Shown here: piece by piece, positions 49,157 through 58,358 of the stretch
Numbering within the stretch: position 1 is the stretch's first letter
Layout: each line of letters starts with the position of its first letter
Assembly: GCA_965198235.1 (NCBI GenBank)
Contig: OZ240248.1
Location: 4,896,001-4,960,000 of the forward strand
DNA: 64,000 nucleotides
Direction: 5' to 3'
DNA from: Candidatus Poribacteria bacterium
GTDB taxonomy: Bacteria > Poribacteria > WGA-4E > WGA-3G
The notes under the pieces: generated by a model
What the model saw: only the letters and a program-made list of their open reading frames with translations
Database searches by the model: none
Told to the model about the DNA's origin: nothing
Position numbers and translations under genes: made by a program

Positions 49157-51436
49157 CTAAAAATTAAGCTTGTACAGAAACTTCACGTTCCGCCCCGGTT
49201 CCGGCATTACCGCTTTGATGAGGGACAGGTGTTCACGGTATGCTGTATCAAAGAGGTTCTCAATCTCGAAAACCAGTGTATTTTCAAGTTGCCACCACGA
49301 GAAATTGAGATAACCGCCCACATCATGGACAAGGTATCCATCCGTGGGTTCCTCGAATTTGCCGAGACGGGTTTGACTCCCCGCAAAACGGGAGGTAACG
49401 TGGAAATGGAAAGGGGAGGGTGTATAGCTGAAGACGAATTTACCGTTCAGAGGGGGAATGCGTTCCAATGGTTTACCGTTGGCTTCAACCGTTCCGTTGA
49501 CGTAACTCATATTGAGCTGTAGGTGAAAGTGCGGTAAGACTTCGCCGTCAATCCGGACCTCTGCACCATTCATTACAACATCCTGTCCGGTATATTGGTA
49601 AATCCACAACCATCCGGCGGTGCCACTTCCCCACTCTTTTTTTCCAGTATTGGTCGGCGTGAGATAGCCGTGTATATGGTTCTGGAAGAGGGTGAGGTTT
49701 AGATTGAATCTGTCTATTGCGTAGCGTCCAAACGCTTCGATACCGTACCCATCCTCAGGTTCCAGTGCCACATTACCTATTTCGTACGAGTAGGCTGCGA
49801 GATGCGGTCCATCGCTGAAAAGTTCCTCAATACCGGGGGCGCGAAATGTTTTCATTATAGTACTGCCGGTACTCAACCTGTCTGTCCAATGATAAATTCC
49901 AGATGCGGCACCCGATACGCCGTTAAAGTCGCGCTGTTGCACCCTTCCGGCTCGGATGACTGTGCCATCATCACTAAACGGTTCTGCCCGTCTAATGTCG
50001 TAGCGGATTGCGCCTTGTAAGGTGAGACGGTCGAAATCTCGCTGATTCAGATAGAAACCCGCGAGAGCAAACTCACGTGTATGGGGTGTCCAGTAAAACC
50101 CGCCTGTGGCATGATCGCGATACTCACCCCAAACACCCATGATGGCGTTGTCTAACACATGAGCCATCGCCGAGAAGTTGTAGGTTAGCACGCCGAATTC
50201 CACCCCGAGCGTGCCGTTTGACTCTAACTCTTGATGTTGGTAACTGGTGTGGACTGTTTGGAGTTTAACTTTATCAATCCATGGACGATTGAAACGATAT
50301 TCCATCTGTCCTTCGTAGCGTTGCCTGTCCAGTGCGATGTTAACACCGCTGATATGTCCTTCAGGGGAACCGGGGATGCCGTAATCTGAACGGTAGCTGC
50401 CACCTGAGACACCAATGTAACCCCAATCTTTGATGAATGATGCGCCTGTTGAAAAATTGACGTTGGAGAGGCTGGTATTTTCCAATGTTCCAATTGGTGT
50501 TTGTGTATCTGTGGCAAGTCGACGGTTCCATTCGAGTTTCCCCGCAAACGGGCCGAATGGTACAACAAAACCTGTTGTTGCTGTCCATCCGGAATTTACA
50601 GATTCGCCTTGGAACGTTAGATTTATATCAGGATGCTTTGGTAGAACTTCGGGAATGTTGTTACGTTTAACGTTGATAACGCCGCCCAATGTGCTTGAGC
50701 CATAAATGAGTGCTCCGGGACCACGCGTAATTTCAACACCTTCAGCAGTCGTTGGGTCAATTGATACGGCATGGTCGGCACTGGATGCGGATTTATCACC
50801 TGTCCGCTCACCGTTTTCAAGAATGAGTAGCCTATCACCCCCCAATCCCCGAATGATGGGGCGCGCGGCTGCCCGCCCCATCGTCCGTTGTGAGATGCCG
50901 GTTTCATCTGACAACGTATCTGCCAACGTCATACCCAATTTCCTTTGGAGTTCTGCGTCCTGCAGTGCTAAATCAGTTGTTTTCTCAAATTTCGCGAGAT
51001 CTCCGGTTGCATCAGACACCCTAATTGTTTCTAATTGATACACTAACACCTTCAATTCGGTCTGGACATAAGGGGTGGATGCGTTGACATCAATCACCTG
51101 TTCAAGCTGCTGATAGTCGGCTTTCGTGAATTGAAGCGTCTGCTTGCCTTCTGGCACGGTATCGAGTTGAAACTGGCCGTTTTCGTCAGTACGGGTACTC
51201 TTCTCAAGTCCAGCGATATAGACGACAACCCCCACAAGTCGGGAGCGACTCTGGGTGTCGATGACCTCCCCGTGCAGTGTGTGTGTTGGAACTTGATCGC
51301 TCTGAGCATCGTTTGTATCACAGCACAGAAACACAATTCCCATCGCTGCAAATAGGTAAATGCACTTAAAAAATGCACCTACCAGAGAAGATTTAGACAG
51401 AAAGGCACAAATACCTGACTGCTCAATAACTCGCAT
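49157..51436 (-). CDS. TonB-dependent receptor, ZnuD-like (metal uptake)
   Basis: Carboxypeptidase-like N-domain, RPIIRGLGGDR plug, DHAVSIDP, ELFSDGPH, HLS, C-terminal Phe. Confidence 0.9.
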   Translation of the reverse strand: MRVIEQSGICAFLSKSSLVGAFFKCIYLFAAMGIVFLCCDTNDAQSDQVPTHTLHGEVIDTQSRSRLVGVVVYIAGLEKSTRTDENGQFQLDTVPEGKQTLQFTKADYQQLEQVIDVNASTPYVQTELKVLVYQLETIRVSDATGDLAKFEKTTDLALQDAELQRKLGMTLADTLSDETGISQRTMGRAAARPIIRGLGGDRLLILENGERTGDKSASSADHAVSIDPTTAEGVEITRGPGALIYGSSTLGGVINVKRNNIPEVLPKHPDINLTFQGESVNSGWTATTGFVVPFGPFAGKLEWNRRLATDTQTPIGTLENTSLSNVNFSTGASFIKDWGYIGVSGGSYRSDYGIPGSPEGHISGVNIALDRQRYEGQMEYRFNRPWIDKVKLQTVHTSYQHQELESNGTLGVEFGVLTYNFSAMAHVLDNAIMGVWGEYRDHATGGFYWTPHTREFALAGFYLNQRDFDRLTLQGAIRYDIRRAEPFSDDGTVIRAGRVQQRDFNGVSGAASGIYHWTDRLSTGSTIMKTFRAPGIEELFSDGPHLAAYSYEIGNVALEPEDGYGIEAFGRYAIDRFNLNLTLFQNHIHGYLTPTNTGKKEWGSGTAGWLWIYQYTGQDVVMNGAEVRIDGEVLPHFHLQLNMSYVNGTVEANGKPLERIPPLNGKFVFSYTPSPFHFHVTSRFAGSQTRLGKFEEPTDGYLVHDVGGYLNFSWWQLENTLVFEIENLFDTAYREHLSLIKAVMPEPGRNVKFLYKLNF

Positions 51437-51448
51437 GGAGGTCCCTCC

Positions 51449-52039
51449 TTATTGGACAGTTACCGGTATCAGAAGTGCCGCCGTGAAATCGGGATGATCC
51501 CCGTGAAGAAGTTGGAGTCTGATTTTCGTTGTCCCTATTTTCAGACCAACGACTTCAAACCGCCACTGCTCTTCTTCACCGTGTTCGTCGTTTCCGTGTT
51601 CGTCTTCGGCGTGTCCCTCTCCATCTTCAGACAGATGGATGTCAATAATGGCGGGATCGTAATCCGACAAGCCCAAGCTGAAGGTCTCCTCTTCGTCATG
51701 TCCATGTTCGTCTTCCTCCTCTTCGCCAACGTGGATTTCTGTACCGCTCGCGTCAAGAAATACGACATGGACCTCAATCTCTTTACCCGCTCCAACGGTG
51801 AGACCGCCGCTATCGGTGCCTTGAAACTGACGATAAACCTCCGATCCGTCAACTTCTAAGGCAAAGCCATCAGCGTCCGCATGAAGTTGTGTCTCTTCTT
51901 CCTCCTGAGCGTGATTATCAACAATAGGGTTATCATCTTCACCACAACCCCCAACAAAGGAGAAGATGGCAACAAAGCTTAGTAACATTAATCGAGAAAT
52001 GGTAACAGAAAAATCGTGCCCAAAAAAGTGCGCAAACAT
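51449..52039 (-). CDS. His/Glu-rich lipoprotein, probable metal-binding partner of the TonB receptor
   Basis: Lipobox VGGC; HADADG, EDEHGHDEEE, HAEDEHGNDEHG, LLHGDHPDF. Confidence 0.8.
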   Translation of the reverse strand: MFAHFFGHDFSVTISRLMLLSFVAIFSFVGGCGEDDNPIVDNHAQEEEETQLHADADGFALEVDGSEVYRQFQGTDSGGLTVGAGKEIEVHVVFLDASGTEIHVGEEEEDEHGHDEEETFSLGLSDYDPAIIDIHLSEDGEGHAEDEHGNDEHGEEEQWRFEVVGLKIGTTKIRLQLLHGDHPDFTAALLIPVTVQ

Positions 52040-52323
52040 TGTATTCTCCTATTTATCTGATGACACACGGCGTGTGCCTATTACTTTGTAAAACGAATTG
52101 CTCTTAATAGATGGCATGCACGCGAACGGTCTAAAACGCACATTAGCATGCCGTGGTATCTCATGCATTTTTAGGCAATAGGGATCTCATAGGTTCCCGA
52201 AAGAGATACCATTCATACAGAGTCGGGTCTTGCAAAGCAGCGGTGTGCAAAGGGAGGGCGAGTGTAGGTACTCCCAAACCCTTTGGACAACATAGCAATA
52301 TAAAATAGAAACAGATTTTGCCT

Positions 52324-52662
52324 TCAAGCAAAATCTGGAAGTTCATTGGAGAATACAGGTGGGGCACGACTCCGCGTGTTCGCGGTGAGTCTTAAAGGAA
52401 GAAAAACGGTTTCATAAAGCGGAAGTGGCGTACTCGGAAGGAACGGAGAGGCGAGTGCAAAGGACGCAACTTCACCTCCGACGTGCTGACTGTTATAGAA
52501 ACAGGCTGTACAGATATCCGCAGAGTGGGAGTGTTCAGTATGACCGTGCGTTAGTGCGTTGACACTCAGCAACGCAACATAACAACATAAAATTATTAAA
52601 ATGCCGGTTTTCAAACCACGCCCAAATGTAAGCGTGTTCGGGAAGGTCATACCGTTTCTCAT
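52324..52662 (-). CDS. DUF2946/CruR-like leader protein with CxxC and RAPP ribosome-arrest motif
   Basis: TM segment, HGHTEHSH, CTAC, Pro-rich linker, RSRAPP near the C-terminus; first gene of the TonB operon; start at 52662 or 52650. Confidence 0.75.
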   Translation of the reverse strand: MRNGMTFPNTLTFGRGLKTGILIILCCYVALLSVNALTHGHTEHSHSADICTACFYNSQHVGGEVASFALASPFLPSTPLPLYETVFLPLRLTANTRSRAPPVFSNELPDFA

Positions 52663-52681
52663 AACCCATGCCTGTGTTAAT

Positions 52682-52744
52682 ATTGAAGATAAGATTTCCA
52701 ATAAACTTGCGATAAATTATATCATACGATTGTGTCAATGTCAA
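52682..52744 (-). promoter_or_regulatory. Perfect sigma70 promoter with overlapping Fur/Zur-like palindromes
   Basis: Minus strand TTGACA (52744-52739)-17 nt-TATAAT (52721-52716) with TGn extension; imperfect palindromes TGATATAA-T-TTATCGCA over the -10 box and ATTGGAAAT-CTT-ATCTTCAAT just downstream. Confidence 0.7.
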
Positions 52745-52795
52745 ATAAACTTGAAAAGATGCTATCGGCTTTCAGAAACCAATACCCTCTTCCCA

Positions 52796-52965
52796 TAGGA
52801 GCGAGTGTTTTTGCTTGGGGTGTTTTTGCTTGGGGTTTTTGATAGGGGTCTTTGCTTGGGCGTTTCTGCGGATTTCTGCGGATTTCCCCATGCTCGCGAT
52901 TCTTACTGACGGCTGACCGCTGACTGCTATTCTTACTGACAACTGATAACTGATAACTGATAACT
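52796..52965 (+). repeat. REP-like hairpin containing four tandem GTTTTTGCTTGGGG-type units, followed by (CTGATAA)n
   Basis: GCGAG (52801-52805)...CTCGC (52893-52897) arms around the insert; ctgacaa-ctgataa x3 downstream. Confidence 0.8.
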
Positions 52966-53047
52966 TCTGGAAAAAGATCGGCTTGCACTTATCGGTGTAA
53001 TGCTTTATGATATTGGATATGAGACTATGCAAAGGAGACAACATTAG

Positions 53048-54250
53048 ATGCTAAGTGTTGAAGAAGCCCGCCAACAGATGCTAAATACCATTCCGGTTTT
53101 ACCCACGGAGAAGCGGGAAATTCTAAGTTGTGCGGGCTACGTTCTCGCAGAGGCACTGCACGCCGAAGAAAACATTCCTCCGTTCGACAATTCAGCAATG
53201 GATGGGTATGCGGTTCGCGCAGCGGATGTTCAGAATGCTTCCGAAGCGAAGCCTGCTGTTCTTTCGATTGTGGAGACGATCGCCGCGGGATATGCCCCAA
53301 CAAAACGGGTTGCGACCGGGCAAGCGTCGCGTATCATGACCGGTGCAATGATGCCTGAAGGTGCCGATGCGGTCGTGATGCAAGAGGTGACCCAGCGGGA
53401 TGGGGATGAAGTCAAGATTTTTGAGGGTATTGACAAAACTGGGAACGTCCGTTTCACAGGTGAGAGTGTCGCGGAGGGGCAACAGGTAATGGGAAAAGGG
53501 AAATACCTACGTCCGCCGGAAGTTTCAATGCTTGCCTCTCTTAATTGCCCAGAGGTTACAGTCTATCGCAAGCCTACCGTTGCGATTGTCTCGACAGGTG
53601 ACGAACTCACGCCACTCGGTGAACCGCTTGAACCGGGAAAAATTCGAGATAGCAACCGTTACGGTCTCTATGCACAGGTCGAGGAAGCAGGAGGCATACC
53701 GATTGATATGGGTATTGCGCCTGATGATGAAGCAGAAACAGAGCGTATCTTTCGGGCAGCACTCGCGAAGGCTGATGCTCTGATTACAAGCGGTGGTGTT
53801 TCGGTAGGGGAGCACGACGTAGTCAAAAGTGTATTGGCGAGATTGGGAGAGATTAACTTCTGGCGCGTCGCGATGAAGCCCGGAAAACCGCAGGCATACG
53901 GCATTTCGGACGGAAAACCTATTTTTGGATTGCCGGGCAATCCGGTCTCTTCGCTCGTTGTGTTTGAGCTCTTTGTACGACCTGCGCTTCTCAAAATGGC
54001 GGGACATACAGAACTGTTGCGTCCGACCTTCAAAGCCACTTTAGCTGAACCCGTTACCAATAGAGACGGACGTGTTAATTATATGCGCGCAATTCTCAAA
54101 GAGTCTAATGGAGATTACACTGCCGAAACGACAGGACCACAGGGTTCAGGAATCCTACATTCACTCGTTTTGGCAAACGGCTTAATCACGATTCCAGCTG
54201 GTGCGACGTTAGGTGCCGGAGAAACAGTGGATGCCCAATTTCTGTTCTAA
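53048..54250 (+). CDS. moeA: Molybdopterin molybdenumtransferase
   Basis: PPFDNSAMDGYAV, IMTGA, STGDEL, TSGGVSVG, KPGKP, LPGNPVS. Confidence 0.97.
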   Translation: MLSVEEARQQMLNTIPVLPTEKREILSCAGYVLAEALHAEENIPPFDNSAMDGYAVRAADVQNASEAKPAVLSIVETIAAGYAPTKRVATGQASRIMTGAMMPEGADAVVMQEVTQRDGDEVKIFEGIDKTGNVRFTGESVAEGQQVMGKGKYLRPPEVSMLASLNCPEVTVYRKPTVAIVSTGDELTPLGEPLEPGKIRDSNRYGLYAQVEEAGGIPIDMGIAPDDEAETERIFRAALAKADALITSGGVSVGEHDVVKSVLARLGEINFWRVAMKPGKPQAYGISDGKPIFGLPGNPVSSLVVFELFVRPALLKMAGHTELLRPTFKATLAEPVTNRDGRVNYMRAILKESNGDYTAETTGPQGSGILHSLVLANGLITIPAGATLGAGETVDAQFLF

Positions 54251-54259
54251 ACGTAATGT

Positions 54260-55120
54260 GTGAAGGAGTGTCCTATGATTATAGATACCCATGTTCACGT
54301 CTGGGAAATCGATCCCCCGAAGTACCCTGTCGGTCCAACTGCGCCGAGTTGGAATTCCTATCCAGATGAACCCGGTACTGCCGATGAACTTTTAGCAGAG
54401 ATGGACGCGCACGGCGTAGACTGGACAGTGCTCGTGCAGACCAGTTGGTCCACTTGGGATAACGGCTATATCGCGGATTCGGTAGAACGTTTTCCTGATC
54501 GGTTTATCGGACACGGATTAATCGATCCACAAGATCCGAACAATGCCGAGCAAGTCCGCTATTGGATAAAGGAGAGAGGTTTAGTAGGTTTCCGCTTCCA
54601 TCCGATGTACTATCCGGATGAAAAGATATTGCTTACTCGACAGAACGGTCCGATGTGGGAAGAGATCGCAGCGTTGGATGCCATCATCCAATTTCACTTA
54701 CGCGCTGAGTTTGCGGATCAGGTTGCTGATATTGCACAACGGCACCCCCATCTGAGACTTATTGTTGACCATATAGGTTACCCCCAGGTAGATGCCGAAG
54801 AAGCGGCGTTTCAACCCATCGTGGAACTCGCACGCTATGACAACGTCCACTTGAAACTATCGGATGTCGCTGGACGTTCGCGCCAAGAGTTTCCTTACCC
54901 AGACGTGCATCCGTTTATTGAGAAGTTGCTATCGGTTTTCGGTGCGGAGCGGACGGTATGGGGGACAGGCTACCCCGGTCACCACAGACAAAAGCACAAC
55001 TGGCCCTCTTTAGCGCAGGAACTCCAACTCATTCGGGTAGGGCTTCCGTTCCTGACAGATAACGATCGGGAACGCATCTTGGGTGGGACTGCCGCGGAGA
55101 TATGGAATTTAGCAACATAG
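54260..55120 (+). CDS. Amidohydrolase 2 family protein
   Basis: IIDTHVHVW, DHIG, WGTGYP; start may be 54275. Confidence 0.9.
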   Translation: MKECPMIIDTHVHVWEIDPPKYPVGPTAPSWNSYPDEPGTADELLAEMDAHGVDWTVLVQTSWSTWDNGYIADSVERFPDRFIGHGLIDPQDPNNAEQVRYWIKERGLVGFRFHPMYYPDEKILLTRQNGPMWEEIAALDAIIQFHLRAEFADQVADIAQRHPHLRLIVDHIGYPQVDAEEAAFQPIVELARYDNVHLKLSDVAGRSRQEFPYPDVHPFIEKLLSVFGAERTVWGTGYPGHHRQKHNWPSLAQELQLIRVGLPFLTDNDRERILGGTAAEIWNLAT

Positions 55121-55390
55121 AATCCTGTTACGTAGAAACTACCCCTATTGAGACCAGACTATCATGGCAACAATTGCAACATGATGGAGTGAGATGGATT
55201 ATCGCGATTCAGGAGAATCGGGGCATCCACTGTTCTTCTTACACGGCACTGGACATTTGCCTTTTTCCGTTCTTGAAAATTTCAGACGCTTGTGATATAC
55301 TATTCAAATCAGTTCGGGTGGGACTACCATGAATCGGCCCCTCACTCCATTCCTGTCACCCTCCCACCATAATCCGCAGAGGAGCGTTTT

Positions 55391-55657
55391 ATGTCAGATC
55401 AAAATAGTCTTGATATATTTGAACTTAAGGAAGATGCTATTCGTCTTCAAGCAAGAATGGAAGAAGTCGATAAAGTTGAATCACGCCTCAGTAACCGGAT
55501 TCAGGAAGTAAAAAACGACCTCAAAGGTGATATTCAAGGTGCCAAGAAGGATATCCATGACAGAATAACTCGATTAGAAACACGCTTGCAGTGGTCTGTA
55601 ACTGTAGCAATAGGTGTCACAGGCATCGTTGTTGCTATAATCGTTAAATTTGTATAG
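55391..55657 (+). CDS. Small coiled-coil protein with C-terminal TM anchor (Bdr/DUF1640-like)
   Basis: IQEVKNDLKGDIQ..K.DI..RITRLE repeats followed by a hydrophobic tail; GAGGAG RBS. Confidence 0.65.
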   Translation: MSDQNSLDIFELKEDAIRLQARMEEVDKVESRLSNRIQEVKNDLKGDIQGAKKDIHDRITRLETRLQWSVTVAIGVTGIVVAIIVKFV

Positions 55658-55677
55658 TTGGAAAACGGAGATTTACC

Positions 55678-55980
55678 ATGTCAGAAAAACCACAAGGGTT
55701 GCATATATATACACCAACTCGTCTGGAATGGCTTGCAGTGATGTTAAATACGCTTTTTCAGTACGACAATCTCTCATCCGATGGATTCATGTTGTATTAT
55801 ATGGGCTTAAAAGATGGAGAGACTATCCGAATAGTCGTCAGGTATGATGCGAACGTGAATAAATCTCTCATGGAGCAGAAGATTAGGGTCGCCAGAGAAG
55901 CTATTTCAAGATATGCTAAAAATTATGGATGGGAATCATGGATTAAGACTGAAGTAGATATTGAGGAACTCAATCAGTAA
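55678..55980 (+). CDS. Hypothetical protein
   Basis: 100 aa with GGAG RBS; YTPTRLEWLA..LN and A..YGW..W motifs. Confidence 0.6.
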   Translation: MSEKPQGLHIYTPTRLEWLAVMLNTLFQYDNLSSDGFMLYYMGLKDGETIRIVVRYDANVNKSLMEQKIRVAREAISRYAKNYGWESWIKTEVDIEELNQ

Positions 55981-56094
55981 TCAAAGTAAGAGGTATAATG
56001 CCTCACGAAATACGTTGGATTTCACGAGTTCCATTCAATCTACTGACTGGGTACCCTTTGAGGGCACCCAGATACACTCTTTTTCAAAGACTCG

Positions 56095-56934
56095 CTAAGC
56101 TTGTGGAATCTCGACCGGCAGATCCAGCCGGTCTCCCCACTCTTTCCATGAGCCTATGTAGTTGCTCACTTTTGGATAACCCAAGAGCCGCAACGCCAAA
56201 TAGGCTTGGGAAGAGCGGTAGCCCCCCTGTCAGTAGCACATAACCTGTTTGTCGGGTGTAATACCAACGGCTTCATACATCTCCCGGAGTTCGTCAGCAG
56301 GTTTGAAAGCCCCCACTTCGTCAAGATTATTAAGCCATTCAATGTGAATAGAGCTGGGAATAGCACCTGCCCGCTCTGCGCGGGCGACCCTACCGTAGTG
56401 TTCGTCGTCGGTGCGCGTATCAAGCGGGATAAAGTCGCTTCGGTTTAACAGGACGCGAATCACATCAGCATCCATGTGTATATCGTGTTGAGCATTTATC
56501 GGAAAAGGTGGTACCTCCGGTGGTTCAGCCCCCGCTGTACTAATAGGTCCATCTGCCGATAGCCATGCCTTGAAACCACCATCTAATAAACGGGTTTCTG
56601 GATGCCCTAAGTATTCGCAAAACCAAAACCCTCGCGAGGCGCGCGTTCCCGATATGTCTTCATACCATACAATCGGTTTACTCGGATCAAGACCGCGTTG
56701 CTGAAACAGGTATGCTATCATCCACATAAAGGCATCATACGTCTCTTTCCGAGTGTCAATAAGGCTTAAACCGAACAAATCTAAATGAAGAGCACCGGGG
56801 ATGTGTCCTCGAATATATTCATAAGTCGGTCGCGTATCGACGATGCAGAACGTTTGATCGTCGAGTGTGCCTTTCAATTCCTCAGCAGAGATAACCAGTT
56901 GTGGATTTTCGTACCCTTTGTAGGTTTCCATCAT
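56095..56934 (-). CDS. Tandem-domain rhodanese/sulfurtransferase with in-frame UGA (probable selenocysteine) at the catalytic position
   Basis: Reading through TGA at 56232-56230 gives [47 protein letters not shown], restoring the active loop and the Y.GSW.EW terminal signature (279 aa). Confidence 0.9.
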
Positions 56935-56984
56935 TAGCTAACTCCTTCCGAATTTTTTGTAGAATGCATTTGCTGTGCTGCGTT

Positions 56985-58358
56985 CTACGCTACTTTAGGT
57001 TTCTTTTTAACAATTTTTATTGCCTTCCACCTTCCAGTACTGTACCAAAACCACATCGCTATGCCTTGCACAACGTTTGAGAGGGCGATCCCTAACCAAA
57101 CGCCATTGAGTCCGATGAAGTGCGAAAGTAGAATCACGAGTCCCAAACCGATGACTACCTGTGCCGCAAGTGTAATCACCATTGGAGAGAAGGTGTCTCC
57201 GGCACCGTTGAGTGCTCTTCCCAAGATGAGCGAAAAGGCGATGAATCCGAACGTCGGGGACAGAAATTGTAGATAAACGATACCGATCTCAACAACACCC
57301 GTTTCCGGTGTAAAAATCCGGATGAATGTCTGTGGAAAAAGGAAGAAAACTGCGCCGATGACTGCCATGATCGCAGCACCTAAAAGGTTCGCCACTCGTG
57401 TTGAGCTCTCAGCGCGTTCTATCTGATTCGCACCTAAATTCTGGCCGACTAAGGGAACAACTGCGTTTGCGATGCCGAAACCGGGATTCATTACCATAAT
57501 CCGCAGCCGCATACAAATCGTATACGCCGCAACGACGGTCTTCCCGTAAGGTCCGATTACCCACAGAAAACCGAGTCTCGAAATATGCCGCCAAAACCCT
57601 TGCATAGAACTGTAAACGCCGAGCCTTAAAATGTCAAGCATTTCCACGAGGTCTACCTGATACCGAACGCTTCGAAATGAAACAGGTGCACGTCCACTCC
57701 AACAGAGATAAAGTAGGATAATTACGCTCGCGCCGCGCCCGATAAGCGTCGCATACGCGGAACCTGCTACCCCCAGTTTTGGAAACCCCCATAAACCAAA
57801 AATCAATAACGGATCAAGAACAATGTTAATCAGCGTTGAGAAAATCAGCACGATCATTGGGGTGATTGTGTCCCCGCCGGCGCGAAAGACAGAACCGAGG
57901 GTCATCGAAACGAACATTGTACTAATACCGGCGAGAATGATATGCATGTAAGTGGTGCCGAGCCTTAAGACCTCTGGATCTACCATTCTGACGGCGAGTA
58001 AACCTTGCTCAGCTAACGGATAGCCGACGAGGGTTACACCGATGGAGAAAAAAACAGCTAACAGCACTGACTGCATGGCGATGTGCTCAGCTTGTGCGAG
58101 GTTCCTTGCTCCGAGGTACTGTGCCACCATAATCCCGGCTCCTGTTGAAATGCCAAGCGAGAAAACCCCGATTAATCGGATTAAGTTTCCGCTCACTCCG
58201 ACAGCCGCTATCGCGCCAGCACCGAGCCTTCCAACGAAAATCATATCGACAATGTTGAATGCCTCTTGAAGCATGTAGCTGAGTATTATCGGTCCTGACA
58301 GCCGTAACAGGTGTCTTAGGGGACTCCCTCGGGTCAAATCTCCCCGTGTTTTTTTCAT
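56985..58358 (-). CDS. MATE family efflux transporter
   Basis: DLTRG, D.IFVGRLG, NIVLDPLLIFG, GQNLGA; ATG at 58358 sits directly at the IS boundary. Confidence 0.92.
   Translation of the reverse strand: MKKTRGDLTRGSPLRHLLRLSGPIILSYMLQEAFNIVDMIFVGRLGAGAIAAVGVSGNLIRLIGVFSLGISTGAGIMVAQYLGARNLAQAEHIAMQSVLLAVFFSIGVTLVGYPLAEQGLLAVRMVDPEVLRLGTTYMHIILAGISTMFVSMTLGSVFRAGGDTITPMIVLIFSTLINIVLDPLLIFGLWGFPKLGVAGSAYATLIGRGASVIILLYLCWSGRAPVSFRSVRYQVDLVEMLDILRLGVYSSMQGFWRHISRLGFLWVIGPYGKTVVAAYTICMRLRIMVMNPGFGIANAVVPLVGQNLGANQIERAESSTRVANLLGAAIMAVIGAVFFLFPQTFIRIFTPETGVVEIGIVYLQFLSPTFGFIAFSLILGRALNGAGDTFSPMVITLAAQVVIGLGLVILLSHFIGLNGVWLGIALSNVVQGIAMWFWYSTGRWKAIKIVKKKPKVA

Noticed and set aside
52722-53044. ORFs 52722-52988 and 52772-53044 with SYQLS and KTPQA repeats
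   Set aside because: Translations of the heptamer and insert repeats; likely non-coding
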